A DNA stretch of 64,000 nt from Phycisphaerales bacterium (lineage in GTDB: Bacteria; Planctomycetota; Phycisphaerae; UBA1845). Of the stretch, positions 46,498-54,273 are shown in pieces (the stretch's first letter is position 1; each line of letters begins with the position of its first letter). The position numbers and the translations under genes are program-made. The notes below the pieces were generated by a model, which saw nothing but the letters and a program-made list of their open reading frames with translations, did no database searches and was not told the origin of the DNA. The stretch is taken from contig JABFSN010000047.1 of NCBI GenBank assembly GCA_013140575.1, positions 5,036 to 69,035 on the forward strand. The letters are read 5' to 3'.

Positions 46498-47383
46498 CGA
46501 TACCGCATTCCTCCCGCACCAGACGACGATAATGCTCCTGGAGTTCCAGCGTAACCGGCCCGGGACGGCCGTCGCCGATGACCCGGCGCTCGATTCGGCT
46601 GACCGGCGTCACTTCGCGGATCGCATTGGTCAGAAACACCTCGTCCGCCTCCAGCAATTCATCAATCGCAATCGGCCGCTCGCATGAAGTCAATCCTCCC
46701 ACGGAACAAACTCCCAGAATAGCGGCTCGCGCAATCCCGGGCAACACTGGCGTATCCAGCGGCGGAGTTATCAGCGTGCCGCGCTTGACGATGAACACAT
46801 TACTGATGGAACCCTCCGCCAGAAAATTCGCAGTGGTGAACCACAACGCCTCGTCACAGCCCGCCTGCCGAGCCTCGTTCAGTGCGACCAGGCGCGGCAA
46901 ATAGCTGATCGACTTATGACCGGCCAGCGGGTCGTCCGGCGACTGCCGATATCGCGTGATCAAGACTGCGAGCCCGGCGCGCGACACACCCGATGGTCGC
47001 TCTGCCAATGGCGCCGCCGTCATGCACACCGTCAATGCCCCGGCTCCGACTTCCGCGTCGTTAAGTGCCCCCCGTTCAAACCGCACGTCACCGGCCGTCA
47101 CGGTCAACCGGATCCGCGCACTGGACATTTCATTCCCCGCCAATAGGCGGTTTACGGAATCCTCGTCAGGCAGCGCACCGTCGGCAATGGGCGTCAACAG
47201 ACACTTCGCCGACGCTCGCAGGCGTTTCAGATGCCGGTCCAGACGAAACACGCGACGGTTTTCCGCGCGCATGGTCTCAAACAACCCCGCTCCGTGCAGC
47301 CATCCGCCGTTATAGACGCTGACCGCGGCGCGGTCGGCCGACATCAGCTCGCCATTAAAATAGACGACCGGTTCCATATTCAA
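46490..47383 (-). CDS. pabC: class IV aminotransferase fold protein, probable aminodeoxychorismate lyase
   Basis: Fold-type IV motifs (GLFETMR, EGSISNVF). Overlaps pabB by 4 bp. The PabC versus IlvE call rests on context. Confidence 0.7.
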   Translation of the reverse strand: MNMEPVVYFNGELMSADRAAVSVYNGGWLHGAGLFETMRAENRRVFRLDRHLKRLRASAKCLLTPIADGALPDEDSVNRLLAGNEMSSARIRLTVTAGDVRFERGALNDAEVGAGALTVCMTAAPLAERPSGVSRAGLAVLITRYRQSPDDPLAGHKSISYLPRLVALNEARQAGCDEALWFTTANFLAEGSISNVFIVKRGTLITPPLDTPVLPGIARAAILGVCSVGGLTSCERPIAIDELLEADEVFLTNAIREVTPVSRIERRVIGDGRPGPVTLELQEHYRRLVREECGIDG

Positions 47384-48786
47384 CAGTGCCGCTCAATGCC
47401 GGAAACCGCCATTGACTCGTCCGTGCGGAGCGCCCGCCGCAATCCGGCGACTTTCGCGATCGCTTCCGCATATTCGGCGTCGGCGTCGCTGTCGGCGACT
47501 ACCGCTCCCCCGCTGAACCAGTGCAGACGGCCTCGATCCAGCACCATCGTGCGGATGGCGATATTCAATTGCATGGACCCGTCCAGTCCGATCCAACCTA
47601 TGCTGCCGCAATAGACGCTGCGCTCGGTCGACTCAAGTTCGCGTATAATCTGCATGGCGCGGATCTTCGGCGCTCCGGTAATGGACCCGCCGGGGAATGC
47701 CGATTGCAGCAGGTCCACCCAACCGTGTGATTCCCGCAGACGTCCTTCGACCGTCGCCACCAGATGATAGACTGATGGATGCTCTTCGATCGCACCCGGA
47801 CATACAACGCGTACACTGCCGAATTCACAGACCCGCCCCAGATCGTTGCGCATCAAGTCTACGATCATGGTCAATTCCGACCAGTCCTTCTCGCTTTCCA
47901 GCAGTTCGCGGGACCGTATGGCGTCCAATACATCGTCACCCGCCCGCGGCCTGGTGCCCTTGATCGGTCGGGTGACGATTCTGCGGTCATGCAAATCAAG
48001 AAACAACTCCGGCGACGCACTAATGATCGCGGTCTCGCCGATTCTCAACAGTGCGGCAAACGGCGCCGGGTTGGCCATTCGGACGCGGCGATAAATCTCC
48101 ACCGCCGAAGATCGGCTCGGCGCCGACCAGCGCTGCGTCAAGTTCACCTGATAGACATCGCCGGCCGCGATATAATGTTTGACCCGCTCCACCGCGGCCA
48201 CATAGTTCCGCGGCGTCATCACCGGTTTCGCTTCACCCGCCGCGGCGATCGATCGATCAATCGGCGCTGGTGGCATCGCACGGCGCAACCTGTCTTCCAA
48301 CACGTCCAGGCGATCATCCACGGAATCGCGACCTCGACCCCCGATTCCGTCGACACCCACGACCCACCACCGACAATGCCGATGGTCGTAGACGATCGCC
48401 GTGTCGTACAGCGCCATGTACACCCGCGGCAACGCAATGTCCCGTTCCCGCGCCGACGGCACGCCATTCATTTCGGCGCCCGCCTCGTACGTCAAATACC
48501 CCACCCATCCCCCGACAAATGGCAGACGTTCGTCGCACAGACCGGGGTCCGCCGGACCGACGCGACGGGCGAGCGCGGTCAGCCAATCCGAATCGTCCGA
48601 TGAAAACAACTCGACCGGATCATCACCCAATACGGTGAACCGGCCGTCGGCGTGCCGGTCATCGCTGCTCTCCAGCACAAACGAGCCCGTTGCGTTCGCA
48701 AACGCTCCGATGGCGGTCTCGACCGACGGACCATGGGTCAACTCGCGGACCACTAACCGCGGCGATCTCGTGTTCGCTTCTGCCAT
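47380..48786 (-). CDS. pabB: aminodeoxychorismate synthase component I (chorismate-binding enzyme)
   Basis: FPGGSITGAPKIRAMQII and SVYCGSIGWIG motifs. The PabB versus TrpE call rests on linkage to pabC. Confidence 0.8.
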   Translation of the reverse strand: MAEANTRSPRLVVRELTHGPSVETAIGAFANATGSFVLESSDDRHADGRFTVLGDDPVELFSSDDSDWLTALARRVGPADPGLCDERLPFVGGWVGYLTYEAGAEMNGVPSARERDIALPRVYMALYDTAIVYDHRHCRWWVVGVDGIGGRGRDSVDDRLDVLEDRLRRAMPPAPIDRSIAAAGEAKPVMTPRNYVAAVERVKHYIAAGDVYQVNLTQRWSAPSRSSAVEIYRRVRMANPAPFAALLRIGETAIISASPELFLDLHDRRIVTRPIKGTRPRAGDDVLDAIRSRELLESEKDWSELTMIVDLMRNDLGRVCEFGSVRVVCPGAIEEHPSVYHLVATVEGRLRESHGWVDLLQSAFPGGSITGAPKIRAMQIIRELESTERSVYCGSIGWIGLDGSMQLNIAIRTMVLDRGRLHWFSGGAVVADSDADAEYAEAIAKVAGLRRALRTDESMAVSGIERHC

Positions 48787-48932
48787 CGCACCGCGGAGTA
48801 TACCGGTTCGGCGCGACCATCACACGACAGGCCCTCATCGCCCCGGCGCTGCACCGCCTGACACGCCGAAGCTCGCGAGGCGGGTGTTTTCAAGTTCACT
48901 CCTGCGGTCCGCCGGACCGATACAACGGACGT

Positions 48933-50420
48933 ATGTCCCTCGCGACCCATCCGTTCAACGGTGCGATGTCCGACGCCGTAGCCGCCCTGAATCTGCCGCC
49001 CGACGCCCGCGTCCTCGATATCGATCCGGGCGAAGTCGAAACGCAAATCGACGCGGATCGGCCCATCGAGTGCATCGTGGCCTGCGGCGTCCTCGAACGG
49101 GCCCGATGGCCGCGCTGGCTGCTCCGCCGGATGTATCACACCCTCGTCCCCGGCGGTCATTTGGTCCTGTCCGTTCCCAACCGGTGCGCAATCATTGACC
49201 GCATCGCCGCGTTCCCGTTGTGCGTCACGGGCCGCATGACGCGACGGTCCGACGCGGTGCACGCAACCTGCCGCCCAACGCGCCGCGATCCGGATTCCCT
49301 GTCCGCGCCCCGCTGCTACTCGCCTTCCGAACTGAATCGTCAACTGAACGAAGTCGGATTCGAGGTCCGAAATTCCCGAACCCACCGTCGCTGCTTCCAC
49401 GAGCTGGACGGCCGGGGTCTGCCCCGCCGGTTGACGGCCGCGGTCGATTGGGGGTTGGAACAGGTCAATCGCGGCGCCGGCGTTGAATTCCTCAAGCACC
49501 GCGGCGGGCGTTACCTGGCCGTCACCCAAAAACCCGACCACTCCACGGGCGCCGCCCGCATCGACATGACGCCGTGCCTGACACGGGCCATCGACGGTTT
49601 CGAATCGTTCTACGCCGCGGAATACACACGCTTGCGTTCCTGGCAGAATCAACAGCGCGGCGACTGGACGACCCTTCCGCCCGCCGCCGTCCACGACACG
49701 ATAGACCAATGCCGTTCCCTGCTCGTCCTTTCGCCCCATCCCGACGACGAATTGATCGGTTGCGGTGGGCTGATGCTCGACGTGCGGTCGCGGGGCGGCC
49801 GCGTCAGCGTGATTCAGATGACCGACGGCGCCGAATGTCAGGCCCTTCGCGACGCCGACGAACAGACCCGGCGCACCATCCGCTCCGACGAGGCTCGCGA
49901 CGTCGCCGACCGCATGGGCGTCACCCACCTGGCGTTTCTCGACGCCCCCAACGGTCGCCTCGACGATTCACCACCCAACGTCCGAAACGTTCGCAACGTG
50001 TTGAAATGGGCGCGTCCGGAAATCATCTGCGTGCCCTTCATCAACGACCGCCACGTGGACCACGTGGCCGCCAACAGGGTGCTTTCGTCCGCGCTCGGGG
50101 CGATCGACGACGGCTATCAACCCCTGATCCTTGCCTACGAGGTCTGGTCACTGGTCCCGCCGCACGTCGCCCGGCCGATCGACGTGTTCGCCCACCGCAA
50201 GCTCGATCTGTTGATGCACTACCCCACGCCAATGAAGGTCGTCGACTACATCTGGCACTGTCAGGTCCGCGACGGACATCACAGCCGCCAATACCTGCAC
50301 CAGACCGGTTTCGCGGAGGCTTTTTTGGCCACAACCCGATCCACCTACCAGCGACTCGTCGGCGCCCATCGACGCGGTGCCGATCGTCAAATACCGGCCG
50401 ACCCGGCTCTCTCAACCTGA
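48933..50420 (+). CDS. fusion protein: methyltransferase-like N-domain + PIG-L/LmbE family deacetylase C-domain
   Basis: C-domain LVLSPHPDDELIGCGG plus HVDH. N-domain has a class I methyltransferase-like layout (VLDIDPGE..., LVPGGHLVLSVPN) but lacks the GxGxG loop. The start is taken at the Met at 48933. Confidence 0.75.
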   Translation: MSLATHPFNGAMSDAVAALNLPPDARVLDIDPGEVETQIDADRPIECIVACGVLERARWPRWLLRRMYHTLVPGGHLVLSVPNRCAIIDRIAAFPLCVTGRMTRRSDAVHATCRPTRRDPDSLSAPRCYSPSELNRQLNEVGFEVRNSRTHRRCFHELDGRGLPRRLTAAVDWGLEQVNRGAGVEFLKHRGGRYLAVTQKPDHSTGAARIDMTPCLTRAIDGFESFYAAEYTRLRSWQNQQRGDWTTLPPAAVHDTIDQCRSLLVLSPHPDDELIGCGGLMLDVRSRGGRVSVIQMTDGAECQALRDADEQTRRTIRSDEARDVADRMGVTHLAFLDAPNGRLDDSPPNVRNVRNVLKWARPEIICVPFINDRHVDHVAANRVLSSALGAIDDGYQPLILAYEVWSLVPPHVARPIDVFAHRKLDLLMHYPTPMKVVDYIWHCQVRDGHHSRQYLHQTGFAEAFLATTRSTYQRLVGAHRRGADRQIPADPALST

Positions 50421-50469
50421 AACCGCGGCGGAAGTTCGCCCGCCCCGGCATCCCAGCGCCGCCATCTCC

Positions 50470-50680
50470 TGCAACAACGCTATGACGATTCCAGGCACGA
50501 TCGACGAAATCGGCACCGTGCAACACAGGGCCCTTCCCAGCCCCGAAGGGGCGCCAGTCAGTAGCCGGGGGTGTCGTCCGCGACAGCGGACGACACCCCC
50601 GGAATCGTCCCCGACGCCATTACCAGCCCCAGCGGGGCGACAGAAGCCATGACCGGAGACCCCTTCATGGCGTTGTAGTA
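50470..50680 (+). mobile_element. MITE-like element, family 1, copy C (211 bp)
   Basis: Left end TGCAACAACGC; reverse complement of right end TACTACAACGC. Flanked by CTCC at 50466-50469 and 50681-50684. Perfect 15-bp-stem central hairpin at 50567-50600. Confidence 0.65.
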
Positions 50681-50759
50681 CTCCATCCGCTTTCAACCCC
50701 CCCCGTGTGCCGCATCCGCAATCCGACCCGCTATACTGCCCGTCACGCGGGAGCCATTC

Positions 50760-51479
50760 ATGACCGACGACCGATGGCTTCGATTACGCCGATGGACCGC
50801 CATCATCAAGCTCGCCCTCGCCCTCGGCGGGTCGCTGCTTTTTTCGTTATGGCTGTCGGTGTCGTGCATCCCCGCCTGGTACGACCCACCGACCGTCGCC
50901 GAAGCGGACCTGCCCCGTATTCGTGCGGCCGTTCCCAACGCCTACCAATCATTCACCGATCGCGTCGTGAATGGCGCCCCATTTACGTTCACCCTGCGCG
51001 CGGCCGAATTGAATGAATGGATCGCCGCCCGCGACGCGCTCTGGCCGGACGCCCGCGGAACCGTGCCCGGTTGGCTTCACGGCCCGGTCATCGCGTTTGA
51101 GCGCGATCGAATCATTCTCGCGGCCCGGGTGACCAGCGGCTCGACCAACGCCGTCGTCAGCGCCCGCTTCGCCATCACCGCGTCGGCCGACACCGTCGAA
51201 ATCCGCCTCGTTGGAATCGCCGTCGGCGCTCTGCCACTGCCTCGATCGCTTCTGCCCAACGATTTCGAACGCCAGGTGCGTGACTGGCTCGACCGCGCCA
51301 ACCTGCCCATGGACCGACCAACGACCGGCGACGGGGATCGCGCGGGTTTGCGTCCGCCATTGACGGACGGCATCCGTATACCCAACCGTTTCCACTGGTC
51401 CAACGGTCGGCGCGATTTCCGCCTCGTCGGCATCACTTCGCGCGATGGATCAGTGAACCTGACCGTCGAACCCCAATGA
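50760..51479 (+). CDS. membrane-anchored hypothetical protein
   Basis: 239-aa ORF with good codon bias and an N-terminal TM segment (IIKLALALGGSLLFSLWLSV). No recognisable motif. Confidence 0.55.
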   Translation: MTDDRWLRLRRWTAIIKLALALGGSLLFSLWLSVSCIPAWYDPPTVAEADLPRIRAAVPNAYQSFTDRVVNGAPFTFTLRAAELNEWIAARDALWPDARGTVPGWLHGPVIAFERDRIILAARVTSGSTNAVVSARFAITASADTVEIRLVGIAVGALPLPRSLLPNDFERQVRDWLDRANLPMDRPTTGDGDRAGLRPPLTDGIRIPNRFHWSNGRRDFRLVGITSRDGSVNLTVEPQ

Positions 51480-51525
51480 CGCATCCGGCCGATCCCGGTA
51501 CGCGCTCGTGGCTCGACGCAACTTG

Positions 51526-51720
51526 CTTTTCGGGTGGCACGGGCAAGCGTACGTATGTGATGAGCGACGAATACTGCGAATCAGAGCCGTGGGCGCAAGC
51601 CCACGGTTGCCTCAATCGCGCGGCAACTTGCCGATCGCTTCACCGGGCTCGCGCCCGGTGCTCTGAAAGCAGGAGGGGACGCTAATCACGTACCAGCGTA
51701 CTCGCTTGCCCGTGGTTTCA
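51526..51720 (-). repeat. 45-bp palindromic unit interrupted in its loop by a family-3 element
   Basis: Arms CACGGGCAAGCG (51538-51549) and CGCTTGCCCGTG (51702-51713), with the CCACCCGA tail read on the minus strand. Removing 51553-51694 and one AGCGTAC copy restores a 12-4-12 hairpin. Confidence 0.75.
51553..51694 (+). mobile_element. MITE-like element, family 3, copy 2 (142 bp) with 7-bp target-site duplication
   Basis: Flanked by AGCGTAC at 51546-51552 and 51695-51701. Ends GTATGTGATGAGCG / reverse complement GGTACGTGATTAGCG. Core hairpins CCGTGGGC-GCAA-GCCCACGG and CACCGGGC-TCGC-GCCCGGTG are shared with 12094-12236. Confidence 0.7.
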
Positions 51721-52009
51721 CCGTCCAGGCTTCTTGTCGGTCACACCCGCCGCGCACGCCACGCACGGACAACGGGGGAACGTGTGTGTGTTTAGCGACG
51801 ACTTGTGTCCCGCGCGCGTTTCCGCCCCGGCGGGGCGGCGGAATGTAGCCACGGGTGAAGCGATGCCCAGCGTCGCGCAACCCGTGGATTCCGTTGCGCG
51901 GGATTCCCCGCCCCGGCAGGGGCGGCGGATGTGACGCGGGAATCGCTAGACACGTATCCACGAATTGTCGCCCCTTGCCGCCGGCGGGGCGCGGCGCAAT
52001 GATAGCGCC

Positions 52010-52564
52010 GTGCTGGACTACGGCGTCATCCAAACCGACTGGGGTCCGTTCGCGTGGGTCGCGTCCGATCGCGGCCTGGTGGCCACCCTGCTGCCCGATC
52101 AATACCCGCGCCCGATCGACCGGATCATCGCCGATCGCTGGCCCGACGCGCGGCCGAGCCGCCGCGCACCGGGGAATCTATCCCGCGCCGTTGTCGACTA
52201 TTACAAACGCCGATTGGTCCGATTTGACATGCCGCTCGATTTGGACGGGTGGACCGAATTCCGCCGGGCCGTGCTGAATGCGTGCCGCCGCATCCCCCAC
52301 GGCCGCACGGCCAGCTACGCCGATCTGGCCCGCGCCGCCGGCCGGCCCGCCGCGGTCCGCGCCGTCGGGTCAACGATGGCCCAAAACCCCATCCCCTTGA
52401 TTATCCCCTGCCATCGCGTAATTCGCACGGACGGAACGTTGGGCGGGTTTTCCTCGCCCGACGGCGTCCGCACCAAACGCCGCATGTTGGAATGGGAGGG
52501 CGTCGGCGATCTGCCGCTGCTGACCGAGCGAATGCAACACCGCCACGCCGCGATGACCGCGTGA
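52010..52564 (+). CDS. ogt: methylated-DNA--protein-cysteine methyltransferase
   Basis: Active site IIPCHRV within RTASYADLARAAGRPAAVRAVGSTMAQNPIPLIIPCHRVI. GTG at 52010 (VLDYGVIQT...) is preferred over the TTG at 51965. Confidence 0.88.
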   Translation: MLDYGVIQTDWGPFAWVASDRGLVATLLPDQYPRPIDRIIADRWPDARPSRRAPGNLSRAVVDYYKRRLVRFDMPLDLDGWTEFRRAVLNACRRIPHGRTASYADLARAAGRPAAVRAVGSTMAQNPIPLIIPCHRVIRTDGTLGGFSSPDGVRTKRRMLEWEGVGDLPLLTERMQHRHAAMTA

Positions 52565-52601
52565 TGGTATCCTGGTAGACCGTCACACTTCGCTTATCGG
52601 A

Positions 52602-52686
52602 CAGCTCCGAAGGGGCGACAGTCAATAGCCGGGGGCGTCAGCCCCCGGACCCGTCATCCCCCGCGAAAAAGCCCCGGAGGGGCGGC
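52602..52686 (+). repeat. truncated/degenerate family-1 core fragment
   Basis: CAGCTCCGAAGGGGCGACAGTCAATAGCCGGGGGCGTCAGCCCCCGG... parallels the family-1 core (CAGCCCCGAAGGGGCGCCAGTCAGTAGCCGGGGGTG...). No TIRs. Confidence 0.45.
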
Positions 52687-52740
52687 CGACCTGCAGGCTG
52701 TGTTGCGTCCGATCACCCGAACACGAAAACTCCCCAGGCC

Positions 52741-52911
52741 ACTAAATAAAACCGCGGAATAGGGAAACCGACTCCTTCATGGCGCACGAATCCTCGCCCG
52801 TAGGGCGCACGGTCTTAGCCAGGGGCTTCAGCCCCTGGATCGGATCCCCCATTTCTTTCCGCCCGGAGGGCGGACGAACCCCGGGTTCCCTTCTGTGTGT
52901 TCTTATTTAGC
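52741..52911 (-). mobile_element. MITE-like element, family 2, copy 2 (171 bp, inverted)
   Basis: Reverse complement aligns end to end with 11906-12076, including the TIRs. The TIR at 52899-52911 contains the stop codon of the HDOD gene. Confidence 0.6.
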
Positions 52912-53914
52912 GGGTCGTCTGCGCCGCCCCGACCGCGCCGGCCACTTCCGGTCCCAGCGATTCCATCATTCGGCCCGCCTCGGCCGCCAACGCCGCCGCG
53001 TCGCATTCCGCGGGCGAAACATTCGAAAACACGTTGCGCAGAATGTTGAACTGCTCGACCGCCAGCGTGAACACGTCGCTCAATCCCTCGAACGACAGCC
53101 CGAACGCCGTCACCGCCAGCCGACGCAGCGACGACGTCAGTTTCGCCGTCTGCCGATCGACCGCGAACGGAACGGCCGCGCAGAAATACGCGACTTGCCA
53201 CAATCCCGTGGCCGGGAAGTTCGTCCGCGCCAACGGCGGCTCGCCGCACCGGTGGGCCATCGCGGACAGCAGTATCTCCGGGAACCCCCACCGCCGCGCC
53301 AACGCGTGCGCGATCCGCCCGTGATCGGTGCCGAACGTCCGCCGTTCGACCTCGATGCGCCGCGCGAAATCTTCCCGTTCCTGACGGTACACGTCGGCGT
53401 AGGGCCCGCCGAAATGGGTTACCATGATCAACGATCCAATGTCGCTCAACATCCCCAACAGAAACGCCTGTTCCGCGGGGTGCAGATCCATCGTCCGGGC
53501 CAATTGTCGCCCCATGCACCCCCGAAGAATCGAATCCCGCCAGAATTCCTGCAGGTCGAATCCCTTGTGACCCAGCCGGTCCAATCCCGACGCCAGATAG
53601 AACCCCAACGCCGCCGCCCGCAGGTGTTGATTTCCCAAAACGACGGCCGCTCGCGTCAGCGTCGTCACCTGACCCTGCTGCCCGAAATAACTGCTGTTGG
53701 AGATCTGCAGAAGGCGGCCGCACAGCGCCGAATCCAGCTCGATGATGCGAACGATCTCGTTCGCGCTGGATCGCGTGTCCCGGCACACCATCAGCAGATT
53801 CAACGCCGCTTCCGGCAGTGACGGAATCCGCACCGAATCCAGAATGGTCTCAACGATTTTGTTTTCCGGCGATCCCGTGTGCCCGTCCATCCGTTTTTCG
53901 CCCTTGTTTTTCAA
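52907..53914 (-). CDS. HDOD domain-containing signalling protein
   Basis: LPSLPEAALNLLMVCRDTRSSANEIVRIIELDSALCGRLLQISNSSYFG is the HDOD N-terminal signature. Confidence 0.8.
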   Translation of the reverse strand: MKNKGEKRMDGHTGSPENKIVETILDSVRIPSLPEAALNLLMVCRDTRSSANEIVRIIELDSALCGRLLQISNSSYFGQQGQVTTLTRAAVVLGNQHLRAAALGFYLASGLDRLGHKGFDLQEFWRDSILRGCMGRQLARTMDLHPAEQAFLLGMLSDIGSLIMVTHFGGPYADVYRQEREDFARRIEVERRTFGTDHGRIAHALARRWGFPEILLSAMAHRCGEPPLARTNFPATGLWQVAYFCAAVPFAVDRQTAKLTSSLRRLAVTAFGLSFEGLSDVFTLAVEQFNILRNVFSNVSPAECDAAALAAEAGRMMESLGPEVAGAVGAAQTTR

Positions 53915-54273
53915 ACGCTCCGCCTCCGGCTAGCCCGCCCGCGCCGACGCACCCCGCCCCATTCCACCTCGCCACTGTCCATCGGTGCATTCCACTCCGG
54001 GGTTTCGAACGCCGCCGCCCGCTCCAACCGTCCGCCGATAACAGGCGACCGTCGCAGGACCCCACACCACTAAACGACGGCCTTCAGCCGCCGCGGGTAT
54101 CCGATACTCCTGCCGTACTGGAATCGTTCTTCACGCCATGACGCCGTTCCCGGACCATTCAATTCCGCCCGCCCCGCGGCTATAATCAACCGTCCACGAT
54201 TGCAGGGGGCGGATCGGCGGGGTGGCCGGATTGCAGGGCGTTCCCTGTCATTTGCGAACGGAAGCAGGCGAAT

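Noticed and set aside
51534-51549. Sigma-54-like sequence TGGCACGGGCAAGCG in the palindromic unit
   Set aside because: The GC of the -12 element is one position out of register with TGGCACG-N4-TTGC, and the TTGC is absent. The sequence is explained by the palindrome arm.
54158-54240. TATAAT hexamer (54181-54186) and direct repeat GATTGCAGGG (54198 and 54230) upstream of the S8 peptidase gene
   Set aside because: The -35 match (TTCAAT) is weak and the repeat occurs only twice. This is too little support to call a promoter or operator.
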